A stretch of DNA of 64,000 nt from Bacteroidota bacterium. Its GTDB lineage: Bacteria > Bacteroidota > Bacteroidia > Bacteroidales > UBA4417. The notes under the pieces were generated by a model, which saw only the letters and a list, made by a program, of their open reading frames with translations, was not told the DNA's origin and made no database searches. Positions 36,193 to 45,190 of the stretch are shown in pieces; position 1 is the first letter of the stretch; each line of letters opens with the position of its first letter. Made by a program: the position numbers and the translations under genes. The DNA is taken from the NCBI GenBank assembly GCA_022711175.1, contig JAKLFM010000001.1:69780-133779 (forward strand). Direction: 5' to 3'.

Positions 36193-38103
36193 GTGAAAAA
36201 CAAATCACCTTTCATTTTACTGATTTTAATGTCGGCACTTTTGCGGCCCGGCCTTGCTTTTACACAAATTGAAAAAGGAGGAATGCCGCGCGGATTGCAG
36301 TATAAAAGTGTGCTGGCAGGGACCACAGTAATAGAAGTTGCTCCACCCAATACTGATTCTATTGCAGCCGAAGACTACCAAGCTGCAATGCTCGGAAAGC
36401 CATACCGGATGGGGGTTGTGATGCCCGTTGATCTTTCGTTTAATAATATTAGCGAATGGATGAAGGTACCAGGTGGAAATATTAAAAGATTGCATCTTAA
36501 AAGCAGTGGCGCCAAGGCAGTTGCGATTTATTATGACCGGTTCCGGTTACCAGCAGGTTGCGATTTTTTCGTGTATTCGCTTGACGGAAAGCAGGTTGCA
36601 GGTGCATTTACTGCAGAGAGTAACCAGGCTGAAAAGGAATTTGCCACAAGGCTTATCCTGGGGGATGAACTTGTCCTCGAATATTTTCAGCCTGCCGGAG
36701 TGACTGAAGAACCGGAAATTGTGATTTCGGGCTTACTATATGCCTACCGGTCGGTGACCGATAAACCGGAAAAAAATGGTAACGATTTTGGCGGAGCAGG
36801 TAGCTGTGAGGTAAACGTGAACTGCCCCGAAGGCGACGGCTGGAGAGACCAGAAACAAAGCGTTGCCCGTATCCTAGCCAGGGTGGGCAACAGTTCATTC
36901 TGGTGCACCGGTTCGTTACTCAACAATACCAGGCAGGACTTTTCGCCCCTGCTATTAACCGCAGGACATTGCGCCCTCAACGAATATAATGCTAAGGTAG
37001 CTACGGCCGGCGACCTCAACCAGTGGATTTTCTACTTTAATTATGAGGCTGAAAGCTGCGAAGATCCAGCATCGGAACCAGCCAGGAAAACGCTTGTAGG
37101 GGCGCAAAAACTTGCCTCCTGCAACCTTTACAGCGGGCTTTTGTCGTCCGACTTCTTCCTTGTATTGCTCAACAACGGCGTGCCTGCCGGTTACAATGCT
37201 TTTTATAACGGCTGGAGTAATGAGGACATCCCATCCGCTTCAGGTGTGTGCATACATCATCCGCAGGGCGACATTAAAAAAATTTCAACGTACAACAGAA
37301 CGCTCATCTCTGCATCATGGGAATCCACCCCCGGCACGCATTGGGAAACCTACTGGACACAAACAGCCAGCGGATTTGGCGTTACCGAAGGCGGCTCATC
37401 CGGATCACCACTCTATAATGCTCAAGGACAGTTAGTTGGCACACTTACCGGCGGTGGTTCCTATTGTTCGTCGCCTGAGCTGAGTGACTTCTTCGGAAAA
37501 ATTGCCTATTCATGGCAATCGGTTGGAACTGCCGACAGTATGAGACTGAAACCATGGCTTGATCCGATTGGCAGCAACGTAACAAAAATGAGCGGTTCGT
37601 ATAACTCGGCACTTCCCATTGCACGCTTCAATGCCGACACCACTACGATTCCCATCGGATCATCCATTTCATTTTATGATATGTCGGTTAATAATCCATC
37701 AGGCTGGCACTGGTATTTCGAAGGCGGAATACCGTCAGAATCGGATCAGCAAAATCCGCCTACCATAAGCTATATCACCTACGGAACCTATACTGTAAAA
37801 CTGGTTGTTACCAATGCATTCGGCACCGATTCGCTCGTGAAGGAAAATTATCTCACGGTGAGTGCTTCTGCATTTCCGAATCCCACCACCGGCAACCTGA
37901 CACTGCTCCTCGGTCCCGGACAGCATCCCGGATTGCAGGTCACCGTGTTAAACCTTACCGGTCAACAAGTTGCAACGACCGATTACGGAAATAATTCAGC
38001 ATCATCAATAAACCTCGACATCAGTGCCTTACCGGCAGGATTGTACATGATTTCAATACGGACTGACAATTCGCATCAAGTACAGAAAATTCTTAAACGC
38101 TGA
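36193..38103 (+). CDS. Secreted S1-family (lysyl-endopeptidase-like) serine protease with PKD domain and T9SS C-terminal sorting domain
   Basis: A signal peptide is present. The catalytic residues appear in LLTAGHCAL and GGSSGSPLY. A PKD-like region (YGTYTVKLVVTNAFG) and the CTD FPNPTTGNLTL...IQKILK follow. Confidence 0.8.
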   Translation: MKNKSPFILLILMSALLRPGLAFTQIEKGGMPRGLQYKSVLAGTTVIEVAPPNTDSIAAEDYQAAMLGKPYRMGVVMPVDLSFNNISEWMKVPGGNIKRLHLKSSGAKAVAIYYDRFRLPAGCDFFVYSLDGKQVAGAFTAESNQAEKEFATRLILGDELVLEYFQPAGVTEEPEIVISGLLYAYRSVTDKPEKNGNDFGGAGSCEVNVNCPEGDGWRDQKQSVARILARVGNSSFWCTGSLLNNTRQDFSPLLLTAGHCALNEYNAKVATAGDLNQWIFYFNYEAESCEDPASEPARKTLVGAQKLASCNLYSGLLSSDFFLVLLNNGVPAGYNAFYNGWSNEDIPSASGVCIHHPQGDIKKISTYNRTLISASWESTPGTHWETYWTQTASGFGVTEGGSSGSPLYNAQGQLVGTLTGGGSYCSSPELSDFFGKIAYSWQSVGTADSMRLKPWLDPIGSNVTKMSGSYNSALPIARFNADTTTIPIGSSISFYDMSVNNPSGWHWYFEGGIPSESDQQNPPTISYITYGTYTVKLVVTNAFGTDSLVKENYLTVSASAFPNPTTGNLTLLLGPGQHPGLQVTVLNLTGQQVATTDYGNNSASSINLDISALPAGLYMISIRTDNSHQVQKILKR

Positions 38104-38139
38104 CGTCAACAAAACACTGATTAGTGTTGTTACTACCGC

Positions 38140-39243
38140 ATGATCGAATTAATTGAAAAAGCCAACATATCCTCTTCACTGCGCCTGATTGCCCTGAAAG
38201 TGGTTGAAGGAAGCCGTATAAGCAAAGCAGAAGCCATTGAACTTTACAACGAATCAGAGCTTGGCTTTATTGGCGCTTTGGCCGACCATGTAAGGAAACG
38301 GCTGAACGGTACCCTTGTTTATTACAACCGCAATATCCACATAGAACCTACCAATATCTGCGTTTACGACTGCAATTTCTGTTCGTATTCGCATCACAGC
38401 AGCAGCACCTCATGGGAATTTTCTCTGGACGAAATGGCCGCCAAGGTGCGTGAAATGGGAAACGAAATCACTGAGGTTCATATAGTTGGCGCAGTTCATC
38501 CTGCCCGCGATATTCATTACTATGGTGAACTGATAGCCCGTGTGCGAGCTGAAAAGCCCGAAGTTCACATCAAAGCCTTTACCGTAATCGAAATTGAATA
38601 CATGGCACAGCGGGCAGGCATGAGCATTGAAGAAGGGCTCAGATACCTGAAAGTAAAAGGCCTTGATTCGATTCCCGGAGGCGGCGCCGAGATATTCAAC
38701 GAAGCCATCAGGGAAAAAATCTGCGGTAAGAAATCTACTGCCAAAGCCTGGCTCGAAGTGCACGAAACAGCCCACCGGCTGGGCATTCCATCAAATGCCA
38801 CCATACTCTACGGACATATAGAAACCATCGAAGACCGCATTGACCATCTTGACAGGTTGCGGAATCTTCAGGATCAAACCGGCGGTTTCAATGCATTTAT
38901 ACCTCTCAAGTACAGGAACAAGAACAATGAAATGTCGTGGATTGAAGAGGCATCTGTAACCGAGGATATGAGGAACTTTGCTATCTCAAGGATTTATCTC
39001 GATAATTTTCCTCACATCAAAGCATACTGGCCGATGATTGGCAAACATATGGCTGCCCTGGCACTTTCGTTCGGGGTTGATGACCTCGACGGCACCATTA
39101 ACGATTCAACGAAAATTTATTCAATGGCCGGGGCCGACGACCAAAGCCCGTCAATGAGCGTCGAAGAAATCAGGGCAATGTGCTTAAGGTCAGGACGTTC
39201 GGCTGTTGAAAGAGATTCACTGTATAATATTATCTCAGTTTAA
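38140..39243 (+). CDS. Radical-SAM futalosine-pathway enzyme (MqnC/MqnE family)
   Basis: A CVYDCNFC (CxxxCxxC) motif is present and the architecture is CofH/MqnC-like. I cannot separate MqnC from MqnE by eye. Confidence 0.75.
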   Translation: MIELIEKANISSSLRLIALKVVEGSRISKAEAIELYNESELGFIGALADHVRKRLNGTLVYYNRNIHIEPTNICVYDCNFCSYSHHSSSTSWEFSLDEMAAKVREMGNEITEVHIVGAVHPARDIHYYGELIARVRAEKPEVHIKAFTVIEIEYMAQRAGMSIEEGLRYLKVKGLDSIPGGGAEIFNEAIREKICGKKSTAKAWLEVHETAHRLGIPSNATILYGHIETIEDRIDHLDRLRNLQDQTGGFNAFIPLKYRNKNNEMSWIEEASVTEDMRNFAISRIYLDNFPHIKAYWPMIGKHMAALALSFGVDDLDGTINDSTKIYSMAGADDQSPSMSVEEIRAMCLRSGRSAVERDSLYNIISV

Positions 39244-39449
39244 AGATTCAGGTAGATTAAAATTCCCGACTTGCAGGAAACCTTTTACATTTTATATTGT
39301 TAAAGATTACTGCGTTCAGTTTCGCATCGGATTTTTTTCCATTTGCTCTTCACGTGAATGAAAAATACCCGAAAAAAAGGATTCAGGAAGCTGGGTTTAC
39401 GAGTTATATTTGCATGTCTAAATCAATAATTAACCAAAAACAATCAATC

Positions 39450-40004
39450 ATGAAAATCAGAAATTTAATGATGGCTATCCTTTTATTTGGAAGCCTTTCT
39501 GCAATCAATGCACAGCCAATTGAAAAAGGCGACAAAGTACTAAATCTTGGGATTGGCTTAGGATCAACCCTATACACAGGGTCGTACTACAAAAACACCA
39601 TGCCTCCTGTTTCAGTGTCTCTCGAAGTCGTGGTGAAAGATGATTTATTTGATGACAAAGGTGCTATTGGTATAGGCGGATATGCCGGATTTGCCGGAAC
39701 CAAATATGATTATATGGGTTGGGGATATAAATACTCAAATATCATTATCGGCCCGCGCGGGTACCTGCATTACAACTTCCTTGATAAACTTGATACATAT
39801 ACCGGCCTGCTGATTGGTTACAACATTGTGAAAGCTACTGAATTTGGCACTGCAACCGGTTGGTCGTATGACGCATCTTCCAGCCGCCCTATCTGGGCAT
39901 GGTTTGCCGGCGGACGCTACTTCTTCAATGACAATTTTGCCGGAATGGTTGAACTTGGCTATGGGATTGCCTACCTTAACGTTGGTGTAGCGCTTAAGTT
40001 CTAA
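39450..40004 (+). CDS. Small outer-membrane beta-barrel protein
   Basis: The signal peptide is MKIRNLMMAILLFGSLSAINAQ. Gly/aromatic beta-strand repeats are present and the protein ends in a C-terminal F. Confidence 0.6.
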   Translation: MKIRNLMMAILLFGSLSAINAQPIEKGDKVLNLGIGLGSTLYTGSYYKNTMPPVSVSLEVVVKDDLFDDKGAIGIGGYAGFAGTKYDYMGWGYKYSNIIIGPRGYLHYNFLDKLDTYTGLLIGYNIVKATEFGTATGWSYDASSSRPIWAWFAGGRYFFNDNFAGMVELGYGIAYLNVGVALKF

Positions 40005-40025
40005 CCACTCAATAAAAAGTTGTTT

Positions 40026-40064
40026 AATCGGGGTGCGGGCAATTACCACACCCCGATTTATTTA
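40026..40064 (+). terminator. Intrinsic terminator candidate
   Basis: AATCGGGGTG-13 nt-CACCCCGATT is followed by TATTTAT. Confidence 0.6.
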
Positions 40065-40123
40065 TATGCTGACTAAAGCGTTCCAACCTGATTTGGTGCT
40101 ACCTTTGCCTGAATCACCTCACT

Positions 40124-40147
40124 CAAACCTGAACCTGAACTTCAGCA
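40124..40147 (+). repeat. Start-codon-proximal short tandem tract AACCTG AACCTG AACTTC AGCAAC
   Basis: The tract was seen directly, has hexamer periodicity, and ends 6 nt before ATG 40154. Confidence 0.45.
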
Positions 40148-40153
40148 ACTAAT

Positions 40154-40633
40154 ATGCCTTTGTTACAGATGAAAATCCTGATGGTTTGCACGGGAAACAT
40201 ATGCCGGTCGCCGATGGCCGAAGGCCTGATGAATAAAAAGATACAAGATTACGGCTTACCCGCATCTGTTGATTCGTGCGGATTTGAATCGTTCCACCTG
40301 GGTGATAATCCCGATTACAGGGCTATCAGAATCATGAAGAAAAACGGAATCGATATTTCGGGACACATTATGAGGCTTTTCAGGCAGGAGGATTTCGACG
40401 AATTCGATTTGATCTATGTGATGGACCAAACCCATTACCGGAATGTGATGCGCTATGCCCGTGATGATTCCGACCGGCAAAAAGTCGATTACATTATGAA
40501 CGCTGCTGATCACGGGTCAAACAGCATTATCCCCGACCCTTATTACGGCGACGAAAGTGATTTTCATTTCACCTATAAGCTGCTCGACCGGGCTACTGAA
40601 GCCATTGCCCTCAACCTCACTAAAAAAAGATAA
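40154..40633 (+). CDS. Low-molecular-weight protein-tyrosine phosphatase
   Basis: The CTGNICRSPMAEG P-loop and a DP motif (PDPYYG) are present. An alternative start is ATG 40169 (MKILMVCTGN). Confidence 0.88.
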   Translation: MPLLQMKILMVCTGNICRSPMAEGLMNKKIQDYGLPASVDSCGFESFHLGDNPDYRAIRIMKKNGIDISGHIMRLFRQEDFDEFDLIYVMDQTHYRNVMRYARDDSDRQKVDYIMNAADHGSNSIIPDPYYGDESDFHFTYKLLDRATEAIALNLTKKR

Positions 40634-40634
40634 C

Positions 40635-41594
40635 GTGTCGTCAACTCTCCTCGCACCTGCAAAAGAAGATATCCTGGCTGCCGCCGAACGGATCGAACCT
40701 TATATCCATCGCACCCCGGTGATCACATGCCGGTCAATTGACCAGGTTTGTGGCGCCGAAATATTTTTTAAGTGCGAGAATCTTCAGAAAGCAGGCGCTT
40801 TCAAAGCCCGCGGCGCGACCAATGCCGTGATGAGCCTTCCGGCCGATGATATGAAACGCGGTGTCGCCACGCACTCGTCAGGCAATCATGCAGCAGCGCT
40901 TTCGATGGCGGCGCGCAACCGCGGAATAACGGCCTTCATTGTAATGCCGGGCAATTCGTCGAAAGTGAAAATTGCGGCGGTACAATCATATGGCGGCCAG
41001 ATCACCTTTTGCGAACCTACACTTGCCGCCCGCGAAGAAACACTGAACCAGGTTTTGTCACAGACCTTTGCCACTGAAATTCATCCATACAACGACCTGC
41101 GCATCATTGCCGGACAGGCTACTGCGGCGCTTGAACTTATTGAGGATACCGGCAGGCTTGACTATATTTTTGCACCGGTTGGCGGCGGCGGGCTGCTAAG
41201 TGGCACATCACTGTCGGCATACTATTTTTCGCCGGGCACCAAGGTGATTGCCGGCGAACCTGCCGGCGCCGATGATGCCTACCAGTCGTTTTACAAAGGC
41301 GAATTTGTAGCTTCGGTGAATCCCGATACCATTGCCGACGGGCTCCGCACTTCGCTGGGGTCGCTCACGTTCCCGATCATAAAGAAGTATGTAACAGATA
41401 TCCACACGGTTAGTGATTTCAACATTGCCGAAGCCATGAAAATGGTGTGGGAACGCATGAAACTCATCATTGAACCATCGGCAGCCACCCCGCTGGCAGC
41501 GCTCCTCAAAAACAAAGCCCGCTATTCGGGCAAACGGATCGGTATCATCCTCTCGGGAGGAAATGTGGATTTATCAAAATTACCCTGGCAGTAA
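40635..41594 (+). CDS. PLP-dependent serine/threonine dehydratase-fold enzyme (threonine ammonia-lyase / serine racemase-like)
   Basis: FKCENLQKAGAFKARGA carries the PLP lysine. HSSGNHA and GGGGLLSG are also present. A GTG start at 40635, just after the upstream stop, is inferred. Confidence 0.8.
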   Translation: MSSTLLAPAKEDILAAAERIEPYIHRTPVITCRSIDQVCGAEIFFKCENLQKAGAFKARGATNAVMSLPADDMKRGVATHSSGNHAAALSMAARNRGITAFIVMPGNSSKVKIAAVQSYGGQITFCEPTLAAREETLNQVLSQTFATEIHPYNDLRIIAGQATAALELIEDTGRLDYIFAPVGGGGLLSGTSLSAYYFSPGTKVIAGEPAGADDAYQSFYKGEFVASVNPDTIADGLRTSLGSLTFPIIKKYVTDIHTVSDFNIAEAMKMVWERMKLIIEPSAATPLAALLKNKARYSGKRIGIILSGGNVDLSKLPWQ

Positions 41595-41595
41595 A

Positions 41596-42315
41596 ATGGC
41601 GGAGCAAGTTTCAAAAGGCAACCTTTACCTCCTCCCTTCTGCCCTGGGTGATGTTACCGTGGATGATTGCCTTCCGCCTCTCAACAGCCATATTCTGAAT
41701 ACATTAGATCACTTCATCGTTGAAGAACTCAGGTCTGCAAGGCGTTTTCTGAAAAAAGCGGGTTACACCGGAAAAATTGACGATGTAACTTTTTACCTCC
41801 TCAACGAACACACTGCTGATACTGAATTGAGCAGCTTCCTCAAACCGGCTACTGATGGTCAAAGCATTGGACTGATGAGTGAAGCCGGTTTACCCTGCAT
41901 TGCCGATCCGGGACATAAAATTGTGGTGCTGGCTCATCGCAATGACATCAGGGTGGTACCACTCACGGGACCGTCGTCGCTCATGCTGGCTTTGATGGCC
42001 TCTGGGTTCAACGGGCAGCAGTTCACCTTCCATGGTTATCTGCCTGTGAAGCCGCATGAGCGTGCACAAGCGCTGAAGAAACTGGAAAAAGAAGCCCGGC
42101 TTACCGGTTATTCACAGATTTTTATCGAAACGCCCTACCGCAACCTCTCCATGTTCGAATCCGTTGTGGCAGCTTGTGCGCCTGAAACTAAGCTTTGCAT
42201 CGCCGCAAATCTCACCTTATCTGACGAATTCATTGCCACAATGCAGTTAAGCCAGTGGAAAAAGAAAGTTCCTGAAATTCAGAAAAAACCGGCAGTTTTT
42301 ATCATTGGTAGCTGA
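41596..42315 (+). CDS. Tetrapyrrole-methylase-fold SAM-dependent methyltransferase (RsmI-like)
   Basis: GNLYLLPSALGD, SEAGLPCIADPG and GPSSLMLALMASG are present. The ATG at 41596 lies immediately after the upstream stop. Confidence 0.65.
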   Translation: MAEQVSKGNLYLLPSALGDVTVDDCLPPLNSHILNTLDHFIVEELRSARRFLKKAGYTGKIDDVTFYLLNEHTADTELSSFLKPATDGQSIGLMSEAGLPCIADPGHKIVVLAHRNDIRVVPLTGPSSLMLALMASGFNGQQFTFHGYLPVKPHERAQALKKLEKEARLTGYSQIFIETPYRNLSMFESVVAACAPETKLCIAANLTLSDEFIATMQLSQWKKKVPEIQKKPAVFIIGS

Positions 42316-42448
42316 TACCACATTCTAAAAGCTGTTGATTCCTTGAGCATGTTATTATTTATTTGAATTTCTGTTGAATTCGGGGATTGATTTGCTATCT
42401 TTGTTCATAGTCAATGTTTTTAACAATCAGGATTTAATCTTTATTATT

Positions 42449-44104
42449 ATGAAATGTAAAGTATTCCTTTCCGGCTTATTCATTTTAATTTTCCTCAATT
42501 CGTCGGTTTTAGCCACGAAGCATTTTGTGATGAATGGTGATGACAGCGGAATTTATTCCCTTAGAAATAAAATAGAACTCGCAAATCCGGGTGACACTAT
42601 TTATTTTGCTCCTGGTGTTGATAGGATTACACTGACATCAAGTGAATTACTAATTCAGAAATCTTTATACATTAAAGGAAATATTAATAAGACAGTTATT
42701 CAACGAAGTTCAGATGATGGAACACCTTCTTTTAGAATTTTTCATTTCATAAATAGTGGAGAAGTGCATCTTGTAAACCTTGATATATATAATGGTTTGG
42801 CTCCTCTAGCCGCAGGATATTATCCTCAACATGGTGGTGGAATCTGTATTAACGATACGAATAGCCACATTTATATTAAAAACTGCTTAGTACATTATAA
42901 TTCTGCTGCTTCTGGAATTGATAATTTCATGGGACCAAGCGGCTATGCGGGTGGATGTGGCGGTGGAATTTATAATGCCGGTTTTCTGCACATTCAGAAC
43001 TCAAAGATTTGTAACAATAAAGGCGGTAGTGGCGGTTCACATTCTTTACCAAAAAATGATGCACCATTCGATTGCTTTTCTTATAGTGGTGGTAGTGGTG
43101 GTGCGATATTCAGCACTCATGAATTGGTAATGCTCGATTGTTATCTTTATGACAATATGGCTGGCACCGGTGGAATTTGTTACGACTTTTATGGTCCTAA
43201 TCCTTCCAACGGAGGGCATGGCGGTGCAGTCTATGTTTCTTCCGGAAATGCCATAATTTCAAACTGCCTAATTTATAATAACAAATCTGGCTATGCTTAT
43301 AATTCCGGAACCGGAACCAATCTCCCGATTTATTGTGCAAATACCGGTAGTGGAGCTGGAATATTGAACAACAGCAATCTATTCATTGTAAACTCAACCA
43401 TTATTGATAATTCTGTTCCTTTTTCTGCTTATAACTACTATGGCGACATACATTATTGCAATGGACGCGGCCCGGGAATTTATGGTACTGCAATAAGTAC
43501 AACCTTAATAAGAAACTGCATTCTCTTTCGTAATTCCTTCCTTCAAGAAACTCAGCACTTCAACGATATTTTTGCTATTGATTCATTGACAATGCAATTA
43601 CAGAATTCTCTTGCAGGAGTCATAAATTGGCATGATACTTCCACAAATAACTTCATCAACGTAAACCCTTCATTCATCGATTCATCCGACTATCACCTCG
43701 CTTTCAATAGCCCATGCATCAATGCCGGTGATCCCGATACGACCGGTTTACCAATGTACGATCTTGAAGGGAATTTCCGTGTCATTGAAAACCGCGTGGA
43801 TATGGGTGCTTATGAATTTCAGGGATTTTCTACTGATGGTTCTGCTTATGTACCTGAAAATATTTTAATCTTCCCTAATCCATTCCATGACAGATTCACG
43901 ATATTTATTCCGGAAAATCTGAGGAGCGAAGTTACACATGTTGCCGTTCATACACTTACGGGCCGGATTGTGTTTGAGACGCCCTTTAATAACCGGAATG
44001 CTGATCAGGAAATTGAACTGCCATCGTCACTTCCAAAAGGAATTTACCTTTTAGTCATCAGAAATACCAAAGCCTGCACAATTCAAAAAATCATAAAACT
44101 CTAA
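42449..44104 (+). CDS. Secreted right-handed beta-helix (Pmp-like repeat) protein with T9SS C-terminal sorting domain
   Basis: A signal peptide is present, along with repeated GGAI/GGGI turns and the CTD FPNPFHDRFTIF...IQKIIKL. GC content is markedly low. Confidence 0.7.
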   Translation: MKCKVFLSGLFILIFLNSSVLATKHFVMNGDDSGIYSLRNKIELANPGDTIYFAPGVDRITLTSSELLIQKSLYIKGNINKTVIQRSSDDGTPSFRIFHFINSGEVHLVNLDIYNGLAPLAAGYYPQHGGGICINDTNSHIYIKNCLVHYNSAASGIDNFMGPSGYAGGCGGGIYNAGFLHIQNSKICNNKGGSGGSHSLPKNDAPFDCFSYSGGSGGAIFSTHELVMLDCYLYDNMAGTGGICYDFYGPNPSNGGHGGAVYVSSGNAIISNCLIYNNKSGYAYNSGTGTNLPIYCANTGSGAGILNNSNLFIVNSTIIDNSVPFSAYNYYGDIHYCNGRGPGIYGTAISTTLIRNCILFRNSFLQETQHFNDIFAIDSLTMQLQNSLAGVINWHDTSTNNFINVNPSFIDSSDYHLAFNSPCINAGDPDTTGLPMYDLEGNFRVIENRVDMGAYEFQGFSTDGSAYVPENILIFPNPFHDRFTIFIPENLRSEVTHVAVHTLTGRIVFETPFNNRNADQEIELPSSLPKGIYLLVIRNTKACTIQKIIKL

Positions 44105-44115
44105 TTCTTAAAGAG

Positions 44116-44985
44116 ATGCGCATCCTTGTCACCGGAAGCAACGGGCAGCTTGGCAGCGAAATCCGCCAGTTAGCTCCCTCCTACCCCGATTACAGTTTCA
44201 TCTTTACCGATGTTGCCGAACTGGATATCACCGAATCCGGTGCCGTAAAGGGTTTCCTTGCGGAAAATCCTGTGGATGTGATCATCAACTGCGCAGCGTA
44301 CACTGCCGTTGACAAAGCCGAAACCGAACGCACGCTCGCTTACAGAATCAATGTGGATGGCCCCGAAAATCTTGCCAATGCAGCATTGAAGAAAAACATT
44401 CTGCTGGTACACATCTCCTCTGATTATGTGTTCGAAGGCACCCATTCAAAACCTGCTTCGGAGTTGGACCCGGTGAAACCCACGGGCTTTTATGGCGCCA
44501 CCAAACTGTTTGGCGAAAAGGCCGTTCGAAACAGCGGCGCCAGGGCCATCATCTTCAGGGCTTCATGGCTGTATTCGGCTTTTGGAGTGAACTTCGTGAA
44601 AACGATGCGCAAATACGGCCTCGAACGCGGCGAACTTCGGATAGTGAGCGACCAGGTCGGCAGCCCCACGTATGCGCCCGACCTTGCAAATGTAATTCTT
44701 CAAATCCTTCCAAAATACAACAGGCACGATTGCGACATCTTCCATTACAGCAACGAAGGCGTTGCAAGCTGGTACGATTTTGCCTGTGAGATCATCCGCA
44801 TCTCCGGAATAGAATGTACAGTCACTCCCATTTCAACGGATGAATACCCGCTGCCTGCGCCACGTCCGGCATACAGCGTGATGAGCAAAGCCAAGATATG
44901 CAAGACTTTCGGCCTCGAAATCCCTTACTGGCGCGACAGCCTTATTAAATGCATCGAAAGGCTTGATGCAATGGAAAAGACGTAG
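44116..44985 (+). CDS. rfbD: dTDP-4-dehydrorhamnose reductase
   Basis: MRILVTGSNGQLG, AAYTAVDKAE, STDYVF-like SSDYVF and YGATK are present. Confidence 0.9.
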   Translation: MRILVTGSNGQLGSEIRQLAPSYPDYSFIFTDVAELDITESGAVKGFLAENPVDVIINCAAYTAVDKAETERTLAYRINVDGPENLANAALKKNILLVHISSDYVFEGTHSKPASELDPVKPTGFYGATKLFGEKAVRNSGARAIIFRASWLYSAFGVNFVKTMRKYGLERGELRIVSDQVGSPTYAPDLANVILQILPKYNRHDCDIFHYSNEGVASWYDFACEIIRISGIECTVTPISTDEYPLPAPRPAYSVMSKAKICKTFGLEIPYWRDSLIKCIERLDAMEKT

Positions 44986-45130
44986 TAGCCCATCCTGTAC
45001 AATCAGTTCAGGTGTCTTTCAGCATACTTTCTCAGCTCATTCGCTACCGGCAGGAAAATTTCTTCCTTACATTTGCATCATAAACCTGACAACATATAAA
45101 ACCATCCGGTACAACCTGTAGCCCGTAATA

Positions 45131-45158
45131 CGGCACCCGGAACACGGAACACACAAAC
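45131..45158 (+). repeat. Heptad tract CGGCACC CGGAACA CGGAACA CACAAAC in the phosphoglucomutase leader
   Basis: The tract was seen directly. Its units match the right-arm type of the elements at 51094 and 54636. Confidence 0.5.
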
Positions 45159-45190
45159 CGTCATTTCTAACAATAATCATTCACCCACTC

